This document shows, piece by piece, positions 54,609 to 64,000 of a DNA stretch of 64,000 nucleotides. Origin of the DNA: an uncultured virus (IMG/VR IMGVR_UViG_3300001255_000001). Its lineage: Duplodnaviria > Heunggongvirae > Uroviricota > Caudoviricetes. Position 1 is the first letter of the stretch. Each line of letters opens with the position of its first letter. The stretch is from positions 1 to 64,000 of the IMG/VR virus record IMGVR_UViG_3300001255_000001. One strand, 5' to 3'. Below the pieces are notes generated by a model that ran no database searches, was not told the DNA's origin, and was given only the letters and a program-made list of their open reading frames with translations. Both the position numbers and the translations under genes were made by a program.

Positions 54609-57600
54609 TTAAACATAAATCGACCTGCATGTTATTCTTGTAGATGGGTCAGAGCTATAGGCCTGCTCTATGTCCAAAACTATATACTTACCTGCCGTTT
54701 TGCCTGTATCCTCTGTAGAATATACTAAGTTATTAGGATAAGATATTTCGACAATATCTCCTATTTCAAGTATTGGGTTGGGGAAAATATCAAGGGTCAG
54801 AACAATCTGTTGCTTTGACCACTGGGTTCTCATCCATTCAGATAATTTTTTTGCCTCTTCTTCTCTTTGTATCCATGTAGACTCAAAGGCTACTTGCTCA
54901 TCATTTTTAGTTGAAGAAAAGTCTGGGTCTATGTACTCAAATGGATCCAGTGTTGTTATTGTTTCTCCGACAACAATAAAGCTTTTTTCTCCTCCGTCTG
55001 CTATATCAACAAATGCTCCTGTGTTATTTAATATGTAGGCATCTATTCCAAACGAGGTTGCATCGTGCCCTATAAGTGTAACGTTTGGATTTAAAATTAT
55101 TTGAGGATATTTAACAAGACCTGGCCTTGTTGAATATTTAGTCGATATTTTTTTTATCTCTCTTGCCACTGGCCCAAATTCTTTTATCCATGGGGCTTTA
55201 TAGGAAGATTCGGCACCAGAAAAAACAAAATCTCCAAATAAGTTCTGCAAAGAGTTTGATGCTGAAATATATGAGCCATAGTTATCGTACGAGTTAGAAG
55301 AGTTAAATTCATTTTTAGTTAAAGAAGAGCAGTATGCATAGTCAAAGGCTGCCTCTCCTTCAATTCCAATAAGTGAGATCTTTGAGTTTATTGCTATAGG
55401 GGATTCATCAGTTGCCGTAATGAGTTGATTATTAAATTTAATTTTAAATATTTTTTTACCAGTTGTGGCCTTAGACACCTTAACGTCTATTCTATAAAAT
55501 CTTCCTCCAGAAACTCCAGTAATTGAATTGTCTTCAGCTGTTTGTGTGTCTGTTACTTTTGATTCTTTACCGTCTACAAGTTTCCAAAGTTGCACATCTC
55601 TGTATCCCAATCCTTTGGTTGCAACGTTCTGTGAAGTTGAAATTTTTAATATGTAGCCATTTAAATTACTAGCGTCCAGCCCTATGCCTAGTGCAGCAGA
55701 TACCGCTTGCTCTCCAGTTACTCTTCCAAAAGAATTTCTTGCAAGCTTGAAAAACAATGCTGTTCCTACTGAAAAATATTCTTCTGTAGACATGTTAACG
55801 GTATCTGGAGTAATTGATGCACAATAATATTCTTTAGATGCTGGGGGGACAACAATGTGAAGTAGTGATCTTGACACTTCTACTTCTTTTACTATTGGGC
55901 CCTCTGATTGCTTTTCCTTCTGCTTTAATGTAAATACTGATTGATCTGCAACATTTGTTTTTGCAGAAAGATTTAACCTAGATCCAAACCATTCATTTTT
56001 TAACTTATCAATCTCTACTTTGTGCTCTTCTCCAACACCAACTCCCTTACCAGTAGCATTGAATGAATTTCTTTCTTTGATTCTATATCTTAGAGTTGAT
56101 TTAAAAGAACCCAGTACGCTTTCTCCCAACCACTTTGCTATATCTGAATCAGAAGTTATCCATTTATACTTGATTGTATTTGGCGCAGAAATTGGTTCAT
56201 ACTGAAATTCAATTGCATCGTATTTAATTATTTCATTATTTATTAAAAAATATCCAGACTTATTATAAAAAGATGTGTCGGCCAAAGAACTGTACACGCT
56301 TATTGGTGCAAGTGATACCACTCCTAATGGGGTGTCTTCTGTAACAGGTGGTGTTGCTAATAAAGTATTCTGTAAGGCGGCTGCACCAATTGCAGAAGGT
56401 GGAGAGACATAAAGGTTGTCTGAAGAACCAGAGTAGTTTGTACTTATTATTGGTGAGTAAATTACTTTAACTGCTTTAACTGAAGGCACAGTTTCTTTAT
56501 TCATAGAAATTATATTAGGCAGATTTAATAATTTTTTTTCGCTTCTAAACTTAAAACTAGCTTCTCTTGTTTTATCAAATAGGTAGTCTCTGGGATAGAA
56601 CTGAAGTATGTCGTTGTTATCAAATGTAGCTATCATTTGAGTGTCTCTGCATAAATCCTGTATATGTTCCCAGACTGTCTTTGTGTCTTCTGTATACCAA
56701 AATAAAGGGACTATGGTAGCTGTATCGGCTAAGTCTGTGCTATCTTTATTATATGTATTAAAATTATATGAATTAAATCCTATGCCGTCTAATAGCCTTC
56801 TAATAATAGCTTGTGATGGAGCATTTTGAATTACAATATCTGGAGCTAATATTTCTTGTAAAAATTTAGCTCCGTCTAGGCCTTGTATATCAATATCTCC
56901 AAACTCAGATAACATGAAGGAGTCCATATAAAATACTCCCTGAAAAATCATGTCTGATCCTATTTTATTAAATGGCATTATCTTAACGTTTTTATACAAA
57001 TTAATATTGTTTTTATTAAATGCCAAAGTTTTATCATACTCTACTCCCTTTTTATCAAATCCCTCCAGGGATAATGACAAAGCATTTGCTGTTACTGATC
57101 CTACTGGAACAATTCCAGATGAGTCGTCGGAAGACATTTTTGAAGCCTGAAAAGAAATTACTCTGTCAGAAACATCCTGTATGTATCTTGCTCCTATTTC
57201 AATAACTCCTAGGTATGAGTTTGCCTTGCTAATTGTGTTTACTGTTACAGTAATGTTCTTAATATCTACTGGAACTGATGGCGTTGTAAATTTTGTAGTT
57301 GACCATGAAGATGGGCTTGACCATAGTCCTCCGTTATAATAAAGTTGAAATACTCCTGTATCACTACTCGATACAACTGTATTTGTAAATATAGTGGCTT
57401 CTACATCCTGATGGTTTTTTATTTTAATTGACCAACTGACTGGCTTTGAGTATGAAGTCTCAAATTTAACAACTATAGTATTTGCTACAGCTGTTTTTAC
57501 TACTGGATACTCTACAGTAATATTACAGTTAGGTAGAGAAAGGTTTTCTGCTGGGCCAGCCAAAAAGTATTTATACTGATTCTTTGCACTAGCAAAATAA

Positions 57601-57941
57601 AGTCTGGAAGGTAGCTCCTTTGAAACATTATATTTTGGTATGGCAACTGGTACCATTTTGTTTAATAAAAAATAGCCTATGCCTGCAGAAGAAGGTCTTC
57701 TTGGATCTATTATATTTGTTAGCGGAAATAGTTTTTTATATGGGTAATATTCTTTTCCAGAAGTAGTAGTTTGTTTTATTTTAAGATCGCCTTCTGGATT
57801 TTCATCGGTTCCATTTGGCCCTCTTACTTTAGCACCTAAAATCAAATCGTTCATATTATATTCTAGCCAGCATCCGCCCGACATTGAATAGGATACAGAC
57901 TGATTAATTAAATTTAAGGTTGATGGGCTTACGGTTTGCAT
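54609..57941 (-). CDS. large minor tail / hub protein
   Basis: Follows the distal-tail gene; C-terminal NPILEIGDIV hub motif. Confidence 0.8.
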   Translation of the reverse strand: MQTVSPSTLNLINQSVSYSMSGGCWLEYNMNDLILGAKVRGPNGTDENPEGDLKIKQTTTSGKEYYPYKKLFPLTNIIDPRRPSSAGIGYFLLNKMVPVAIPKYNVSKELPSRLYFASAKNQYKYFLAGPAENLSLPNCNITVEYPVVKTAVANTIVVKFETSYSKPVSWSIKIKNHQDVEATIFTNTVVSSSDTGVFQLYYNGGLWSSPSSWSTTKFTTPSVPVDIKNITVTVNTISKANSYLGVIEIGARYIQDVSDRVISFQASKMSSDDSSGIVPVGSVTANALSLSLEGFDKKGVEYDKTLAFNKNNINLYKNVKIMPFNKIGSDMIFQGVFYMDSFMLSEFGDIDIQGLDGAKFLQEILAPDIVIQNAPSQAIIRRLLDGIGFNSYNFNTYNKDSTDLADTATIVPLFWYTEDTKTVWEHIQDLCRDTQMIATFDNNDILQFYPRDYLFDKTREASFKFRSEKKLLNLPNIISMNKETVPSVKAVKVIYSPIISTNYSGSSDNLYVSPPSAIGAAALQNTLLATPPVTEDTPLGVVSLAPISVYSSLADTSFYNKSGYFLINNEIIKYDAIEFQYEPISAPNTIKYKWITSDSDIAKWLGESVLGSFKSTLRYRIKERNSFNATGKGVGVGEEHKVEIDKLKNEWFGSRLNLSAKTNVADQSVFTLKQKEKQSEGPIVKEVEVSRSLLHIVVPPASKEYYCASITPDTVNMSTEEYFSVGTALFFKLARNSFGRVTGEQAVSAALGIGLDASNLNGYILKISTSQNVATKGLGYRDVQLWKLVDGKESKVTDTQTAEDNSITGVSGGRFYRIDVKVSKATTGKKIFKIKFNNQLITATDESPIAINSKISLIGIEGEAAFDYAYCSSLTKNEFNSSNSYDNYGSYISASNSLQNLFGDFVFSGAESSYKAPWIKEFGPVAREIKKISTKYSTRPGLVKYPQIILNPNVTLIGHDATSFGIDAYILNNTGAFVDIADGGEKSFIVVGETITTLDPFEYIDPDFSSTKNDEQVAFESTWIQREEEAKKLSEWMRTQWSKQQIVLTLDIFPNPILEIGDIVEISYPNNLVYSTEDTGKTAGKYIVLDIEQAYSSDPSTRITCRSIYV

Positions 57942-58393
57942 TATACTTCTTCCAGTGCGATAGATAGGTCCCAAAATGCTTGTGCAGTGTCCGCCGCATT
58001 TTCTTTAACATTTCTTCTTACCATAGTTGCTGAGCATGAAGTAAATGAGGCAAGGAAAGTTTCTGTTCTTGTAGAATTATATGCAATTTTTACATTAAAT
58101 GTGCCTTGTCCATGAGCACTTAAATAAAAGTTTTTTATATCTTCTGCTCCCCAGTATCCATCTACGGTCATAGAGGTGTATGAAGGGACCATGCTCCAGG
58201 AGGTAGAGACTGTCTTCTTATCGGCTATAAACAGCTTTCTAAGGCTTCCATTGGCCATCCTAGAAGTCTTCTCGAACCTTTGTGTTTCTACTACTATGGG
58301 GCTTCTGTTATGTTCAGTTAATGAATGGAAAACGCCAGCAGCGTCTTGCACAAACAAAGCTGCTCCTGCTGGTAAAACTAAAGCCGTTGCCAT
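57941..58393 (-). CDS. distal-tail-like protein
   Basis: Immediately after the tape measure; RMANG.LR and terminal LEEV. Confidence 0.7.
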   Translation of the reverse strand: MATALVLPAGAALFVQDAAGVFHSLTEHNRSPIVVETQRFEKTSRMANGSLRKLFIADKKTVSTSWSMVPSYTSMTVDGYWGAEDIKNFYLSAHGQGTFNVKIAYNSTRTETFLASFTSCSATMVRRNVKENAADTAQAFWDLSIALEEV

Positions 58394-61300
58394 TATATAT
58401 TCTTCCCCTGTCCAACCATTTTAACATTAACCTTAGCCTTTTGTCCAATAACTGCTTCTGCTTTGCGAACAATTATATTGGATAGGGCCTCTACATCCAT
58501 TCCATCAGATGCGTATATGTTTTGGTTAACAGTATAAGATGCTCCAGATGAACCTTCCCCTCTTATGCCAAATGAAGGTCTATCAAAATTATATCTAGGC
58601 ATTGCCGCCTCTGGATTAAATGGATTCATTGTAGCAGGTATTATAGACTCATTTTTATGAATCAGAGCTAACATATCTTGTGGAACTACATTAATTCCAT
58701 CTTTAAATTTAGGAACATTTAGTTTTCCATTACTAATATATCCGCCTGTAGCAGCGGATGTTGAATTATGTATAGCTGGCCAGATTCCTTCTAGCAGTGG
58801 TTTAAAAGATTTTCCATATTTTTCATACTGCTCTATAAATCTTTCAAGAGTAGAAGGCAAAAATTCATCAAGAACTCCATGGGTTTTTATAAGTTCTGAT
58901 TTTGGCAATATATTTTTTAATAGCTTTATACGGTTTTCTGGGTCTAGCGTGGCAACAACGGCATGGAATGTGTCGGAATTTGTTAGCTTTCCGCCAGTAT
59001 GAACAATGGTGTCCATTAACCATTTTGGACCACCTTTGCCATTTACGGCAAATGCTTCGTTTAAATATTCTCCCTGGAATAATGATAGCCTGTCTATTAA
59101 CGCTTTGCTAAGCCTTGCTACGCCTGGGACCCTTTCTCCAGCTAGCATATCCCTTGCTTCTTCTCTTGACATTTTTAAAACATCAATAAAATATTTTTCT
59201 ACAGCCGCATAACCCTTTTTGTTTTGTGACCATAGAGAAGGAGCTCCGCCTCGCATGTCCCATACCTTTGACATGTCTTCTGGGACTCTAAATAAAGTTT
59301 TCCATAACGATCCGCCTTTTTCTGCATTTTTACCTACTGCATACTCTCTTGCCATTATTTTTTCTACAGTAGCAAATAAATCAAAATTAAATATGTTTCC
59401 GCTTAAAGAAACATTTTTAGAAGATGGAGTTAGTCTATTTAAAAGATCTTCTGGTAAGTTTCCTCCATGATAAAAATCTTGTTTAAAAAGTTCTTCTAAT
59501 GAAAGGTCTAGCCCTAGGCCTGTGTCGGCTGTAGTTTTGCTCATATTCATCTTTTTTGCTGATCTTAGTGCTTGAATACTTCCTACGGGGGTATATCTGT
59601 AAAGAAAATCAGATATCATTTTTGGTGAAAATTTTAAAAGTTTCTGTGAGATATTTTCTTTTGAGAACATTGAAGTTAATTTACCAACTCCATTTTTTAA
59701 TGGAGTCATGACTGGGTTTATAAATTTATTTTTCATTGCTGCTGCGGCCTCTCCCAATGCTTGCATGGGATGGAGTTTAGATGGAGGCAAGTTTGTAAAC
59801 CAATCATCATCATTTGCAGGCCCTGGTGGAGCACCTGATCCGCTTCGCCTTGGTGGAGGTGGCCTATTAACTATATCTTCAAAATAAGACTTTCCAGTTG
59901 TTGATGTATAGTCAAAAGCATTTTTAAACTTGCGAATTAGACCTTCTGGTTTAAGGCCTATTGCTTTATATAAATTATTTTGAAGTGGCTTTACTTTACC
60001 TAAAGTGTTCCAGGTGACTAATTTTAACAGATCCTTTCCAAGAGACGGTATTTTGCTAAGCGCTCTAATTAAAGGTGCGCCAAGTGAAGATGACTGTTTT
60101 GCTACATTTGCTGTCGGATTTGCAAGTGCCGATCTGGCAGACCCCATTCCAAGAAAGTTGAGTGGGAAAAGTATTGAACTTAGAGTATCTCCTGATTCAG
60201 CCTGTCCAGCCATTTTTCTTAATATTGATCCAGCACCAAGAGCGTCTGCTTTGTTGTTTGATGTCATGAAAGATGGAAGCATTCCTGCTGCTTCTTTTTG
60301 AGATTTTGTTAGCTCTGATACATATCTTTGGAACCAATTTTGTTTTTCTGGAAGATTTCTTCCGTGCCTATGCCCAACTGGTCCACCCTTGTGGAACAAC
60401 AGTGGGCCAAACCCATATGCACCGTTTCCAGAAAAGCCCATAGAGGCTCCAGATCCTGCTAAACGCATTGGATCTTTATCAATACCCATTCCTGGACCAC
60501 GATATTTACTTGGCTGCTCAGCCATCTGATGCCAGTAATCTGATTGTTGTGGTGTCTTTCCAGTAAATTTAAGTCCTGGAATTTCTGTTCCGCCCCAGAT
60601 GTCTTTACCCTTTGAAGGATTGTATCTTAGCTCTCCCCACCTTCCAGTGCGTGGATCTCCAGTTGGCTTTCCGTTGCTCCAGTAATCTGGAAGATCAGGA
60701 CGCCATGGGAAAAATGGAAGCTGCTGTTTTTGAGGCTTCTGTTTACCTACTGGGCCACCTTCTGCTCTTCTAAGGGCTTTGTGCAAAGAATCTACGGCGT
60801 CTGGTCCACCAGCTGCATCTACAGCCTTTGCACTAAATACATATTCTCCATCTGAAAGCATTGCTGGAATTGAATCTGATGTTGCGGTACCTGGACCAGA
60901 TACTTTTCCGCCTTCATGTAAAGCGGGGCCCTTTGGAGCTGGCCCAGTCCAAATTGGAGTTCCGCCAGTAGTATTTTGTCTATATCTTTGGCCATCAACT
61001 ATAAATGTTTCTCCTGGCTGAAGGTCAAGTCTCTTTCTAATAGCGTCACGAGCTTGTGCATTCAGAACTTGTACTTTTTTGCCATCATACTCTTTAGTTT
61101 CTTTGCTGTCAGAATAATCACCAGTTACCTTAATGTTTTCTCTTAGTGCAGGTTTTCCATTTATTCCCTTGACTGCATCAACAACATCTTTTAGAGTTGC
61201 TCCGTCACCTAATGCTTTTACAAGAGCCGTATTTACTCCTGTAGCAGCACCAGATTTTGCTAGAAGCTCTAATGCGTTTTCATATGGGGCAATTGGAACC

Positions 61301-64000
61301 TTTTCTGTAACCAACATGCTGCCATTATAATATGTTCTTTCTTTATACTTTGGCATCGCTGCGCCAGTAGCAGCTTGCATTGCAGCTACAAATCCAGCAG
61401 ACGCTTCTTTATTTTTCTTTGCGTAAGCCTCAACCGTTAATCCTGCTGCTGCAGCATTTCCATATAAAGCAGTCATAGAATCATTTACTTTTTTAATTGC
61501 TGCTTGTTGCTTATCGTATCTATCTTTTAACTTATCTAAACTTTCTGCAGCAATTGCTGCTGCGTCTCCAAGCTTTTCTTGCTTGTTTGAAATAGCATCG
61601 GCGGCGGCCTTTAAAGGCTTAATTGCGGCTTCGGCAGCGGTATCTATTGCCTTCATCTGGGCATCTGTTTGCTGCTGTGAAGTTAGTGACTCTAAATCAA
61701 TTCTTAGACTTTGTGCCTTTTCCGTATCTCCGACTGCCTCTGCATTTTGTATCTCAAGTCTAACCTTTTCAATTTGTCTTCCAAGGTTTGCGTCCTCTTG
61801 TGCGGCAGATAATGCTTTCTTTCTTGCCTCTGCAAGCTTATTTATAGCCTCTATTTGTTTATTAAGTGCTTTTAGTCTATCTCTATCAGATATTTGTTCT
61901 GCAACTGATTGTCCCTTAAGAGCTTTTGTATAATTCTTAATTTGCTTTTCTAGTTTATCAAGTGATGCGTACTGATCTTTTAATATTCCAACTCTGTTTT
62001 TTGCAACCACAGCATCAGATATTGCTGCAAACGAATCTGCAATAAGCTTTGTTTGAGCAGCATTTAATTGAGAAAGATCTCCATTAAATCCTTGGGCCTG
62101 TAATCTAATCTTTTGCCATACGCTTACTACAGTATCAGATCCATTAATCATCTTCTTTACTTCTGGATTTGCTTTTGCCATTTCATCAACTGTTTCTTGA
62201 GTAATGGCTGTGCGAGCCTCGCCAGACCTGTTAATTTTGTCTAGCATTATCTTTTCGGCTTCTGCGTATGTTAGAAGCTCTTTTTTACCACTTACATCTT
62301 TTGCTACTTCTCTTGCTCTCTTGGCCATCAAATCATTTATAGCAGTTTCAGTTGCAGTCAAAGCTGTGTTTAGTGACATAGCTCTTTCTTTGCTGCCCTG
62401 ATCTCTTGTGTCCGCTCCAAAACTTGTTACAGCAGAAACTGCAGCACTTTGTGGATCTGTAATATTTTTAAACTTTGCATTACCAATTGTTGCAGTAATT
62501 GATTGATCTTTTTTATTTGAAAGCTGAAGCATGGTGAAAACCTTTTTAGTTGCTTCATCTGCAGACATGCCAGCTGCAATTAAAGACTCTTTAATTCTAC
62601 GAACAGCATCTGGAACTTTTTCTGAAGGCTGTCTATCTAGAACTGCTATTTGCTCTGCAAATGTTTCTTTGACTTCCTTCTTAAGCTTTTTATACTCTGC
62701 AATTGTCATCTGGAATGGGGTTCCGCCATCCTTCATACTTTCATATACAAGCTTATTTGCAGCAGCTAGATCTTCTGAGTCCTGAATAGTATCTTTTATC
62801 TTTGACCCGAAATCAGTAAATCTAAGACCAGCTTTTTTAGCAGCCTCTGCGGTTAAACCAAAACTTTGTATGTTAAGTTCTTGTCCTCGTTTATAGTGTC
62901 CCCACATTTTGTATGCAGCATATCCTGCTGCAGCAACTGCAGCTAATGGCGCAACCAAGCCTGCTACTCCAGCGGCTGTTGCTGCAAGTCCTGCTTTTAC
63001 AGCTCCTGCTGCAACTGCTTTACCAGCCATTGATGTAACTAATTTTCCAGCGCCTTGCATAATAGCTGGACCAGCCATCGACCCAACCATTGAGCCCATC
63101 ATCATTCCATTTTGTCCACCAACAGCATTTCCTATTGCTCCACCTGCTGCCATTCCGCCGATTGTTCCAACTAGCATTCCGCCAGCGCCACTACCAAAAG
63201 GTCTATCTGGATCTGCTCCCATTCCCTTGCTCTTTAGGAATTGCAATGGGTGCATCATTGCTGCAGTTGTATATTTTGCATTTGTTGAAAATGCTGTGCC
63301 TGCTCGTTTTGCTTTGCTTACACCTGAATCTTCTCCGAACGCAGCTGGTCCATATGATTGCCCAACTCCAGCTGCGAGTGAGCCAGGAACACCATATGCT
63401 AATATTTGAGATCCGCCAGGGCTGTAAGTAGAAGTAAATCTTCTTACTGTCGAAGCAATTGAAGTTGAAGCTGCTGTAGATGTTGTTTTAATTGATGTTC
63501 CAAGTTTTTGAATACTTCCAGTTAATGCCATCATTGATGAATTAATTTCTGAGCCCATCATTCTGGCTCTAACAACTAATTTGTCGGATGAAATCTTTAG
63601 CCTACTAGCAATAGATCCTATTGCAGAATCTATAGCCTGGTTTGCTCTTTGAAGAGGCACTGATGGGACATAAGGCAATGATCCTTGAATAGTTGGAACG
63701 TTTGTTCTTACCCCTCCATTTCCAATTATTGTTGTTGTTCCAACAGATAGTGGGCCAGGCTTAGGTGGTGTTCCAACAACTGGCATTGGAGTTCTAGATG
63801 CAGCAAGGTTATTTAAATAGAGCTGTCCCATAGCTCTTTGGCTTGGGTCTCCTGATTTTAAAAGACGCTTTGCATGCTCTTTAGATGTAATCTGACTAAC
63901 ATCAGTAATCTTTTCACCATAAAAATCTTTACTTCGCTTAATTAATCCACCAAGTGCAAACTGTGGGATTATGTTGCCGCTTTGTAGCGGACTAAATATT
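58393..64000 (-). CDS. tape measure protein, 5' part beyond the window
   Basis: More than 1860 aa, Ala/Gly-rich helical; GPGTATSDSIPAMLSDGEYV motif; frame stays open to the window end. Confidence 0.9.
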   Translation of the reverse strand, partial: IFSPLQSGNIIPQFALGGLIKRSKDFYGEKITDVSQITSKEHAKRLLKSGDPSQRAMGQLYLNNLAASRTPMPVVGTPPKPGPLSVGTTTIIGNGGVRTNVPTIQGSLPYVPSVPLQRANQAIDSAIGSIASRLKISSDKLVVRARMMGSEINSSMMALTGSIQKLGTSIKTTSTAASTSIASTVRRFTSTYSPGGSQILAYGVPGSLAAGVGQSYGPAAFGEDSGVSKAKRAGTAFSTNAKYTTAAMMHPLQFLKSKGMGADPDRPFGSGAGGMLVGTIGGMAAGGAIGNAVGGQNGMMMGSMVGSMAGPAIMQGAGKLVTSMAGKAVAAGAVKAGLAATAAGVAGLVAPLAAVAAAGYAAYKMWGHYKRGQELNIQSFGLTAEAAKKAGLRFTDFGSKIKDTIQDSEDLAAANKLVYESMKDGGTPFQMTIAEYKKLKKEVKETFAEQIAVLDRQPSEKVPDAVRRIKESLIAAGMSADEATKKVFTMLQLSNKKDQSITATIGNAKFKNITDPQSAAVSAVTSFGADTRDQGSKERAMSLNTALTATETAINDLMAKRAREVAKDVSGKKELLTYAEAEKIMLDKINRSGEARTAITQETVDEMAKANPEVKKMINGSDTVVSVWQKIRLQAQGFNGDLSQLNAAQTKLIADSFAAISDAVVAKNRVGILKDQYASLDKLEKQIKNYTKALKGQSVAEQISDRDRLKALNKQIEAINKLAEARKKALSAAQEDANLGRQIEKVRLEIQNAEAVGDTEKAQSLRIDLESLTSQQQTDAQMKAIDTAAEAAIKPLKAAADAISNKQEKLGDAAAIAAESLDKLKDRYDKQQAAIKKVNDSMTALYGNAAAAGLTVEAYAKKNKEASAGFVAAMQAATGAAMPKYKERTYYNGSMLVTEKVPIAPYENALELLAKSGAATGVNTALVKALGDGATLKDVVDAVKGINGKPALRENIKVTGDYSDSKETKEYDGKKVQVLNAQARDAIRKRLDLQPGETFIVDGQRYRQNTTGGTPIWTGPAPKGPALHEGGKVSGPGTATSDSIPAMLSDGEYVFSAKAVDAAGGPDAVDSLHKALRRAEGGPVGKQKPQKQQLPFFPWRPDLPDYWSNGKPTGDPRTGRWGELRYNPSKGKDIWGGTEIPGLKFTGKTPQQSDYWHQMAEQPSKYRGPGMGIDKDPMRLAGSGASMGFSGNGAYGFGPLLFHKGGPVGHRHGRNLPEKQNWFQRYVSELTKSQKEAAGMLPSFMTSNNKADALGAGSILRKMAGQAESGDTLSSILFPLNFLGMGSARSALANPTANVAKQSSSLGAPLIRALSKIPSLGKDLLKLVTWNTLGKVKPLQNNLYKAIGLKPEGLIRKFKNAFDYTSTTGKSYFEDIVNRPPPPRRSGSGAPPGPANDDDWFTNLPPSKLHPMQALGEAAAAMKNKFINPVMTPLKNGVGKLTSMFSKENISQKLLKFSPKMISDFLYRYTPVGSIQALRSAKKMNMSKTTADTGLGLDLSLEELFKQDFYHGGNLPEDLLNRLTPSSKNVSLSGNIFNFDLFATVEKIMAREYAVGKNAEKGGSLWKTLFRVPEDMSKVWDMRGGAPSLWSQNKKGYAAVEKYFIDVLKMSREEARDMLAGERVPGVARLSKALIDRLSLFQGEYLNEAFAVNGKGGPKWLMDTIVHTGGKLTNSDTFHAVVATLDPENRIKLLKNILPKSELIKTHGVLDEFLPSTLERFIEQYEKYGKSFKPLLEGIWPAIHNSTSAATGGYISNGKLNVPKFKDGINVVPQDMLALIHKNESIIPATMNPFNPEAAMPRYNFDRPSFGIRGEGSSGASYTVNQNIYASDGMDVEALSNIIVRKAEAVIGQKAKVNVKMVGQGKNI

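Noticed and set aside
1..64000. Stop-codon reassignment
   Set aside because: Core genes are full length under the standard code, all three stop codons end genes, and no suppressor tRNA was seen.

Overview
A 64-kb segment of a large, AT-rich, apparently lytic siphovirus-type phage genome. The host is inferred to be an actinobacterium, plausibly a low-GC freshwater lineage, from WhiB, an Lsr2-like protein, AhpC/AhpD and many leaderless genes. Bases 1-9.4 kb are a + strand block of small early-type genes plus tRNA-Asp. A ~600-bp AT-rich non-coding gap follows. Everything from ~10 kb onward is on the - strand: accessory genes (redox enzymes, seven Fe/2OG-type oxygenases, LLM monooxygenase, secreted proteins, five tRNAs), lysis, terminase, recombination/replication (RuvC-like, Cas4-like, RecA, DnaE, SSB, primase, DnaB) and tail genes, ending inside the tape measure gene. 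The most unusual signals are non-coding and lie mainly in the early block. (1) A fixed-spacing motif GGG-N12-KTTAMG-N18-STGGAA occurs seven times; some copies carry DnaA boxes in their spacers and CRP-type boxes in or next to them. (2) A TGTCAG-N10-TAYAMT promoter class occurs eight times. (3) Two hairpins have loops antisense to the CAACGAAAG leader shared by several early genes. (4) A covarying 3'-UTR pseudoknot occurs three times. All product calls come from motif recognition by eye; no database search was run.
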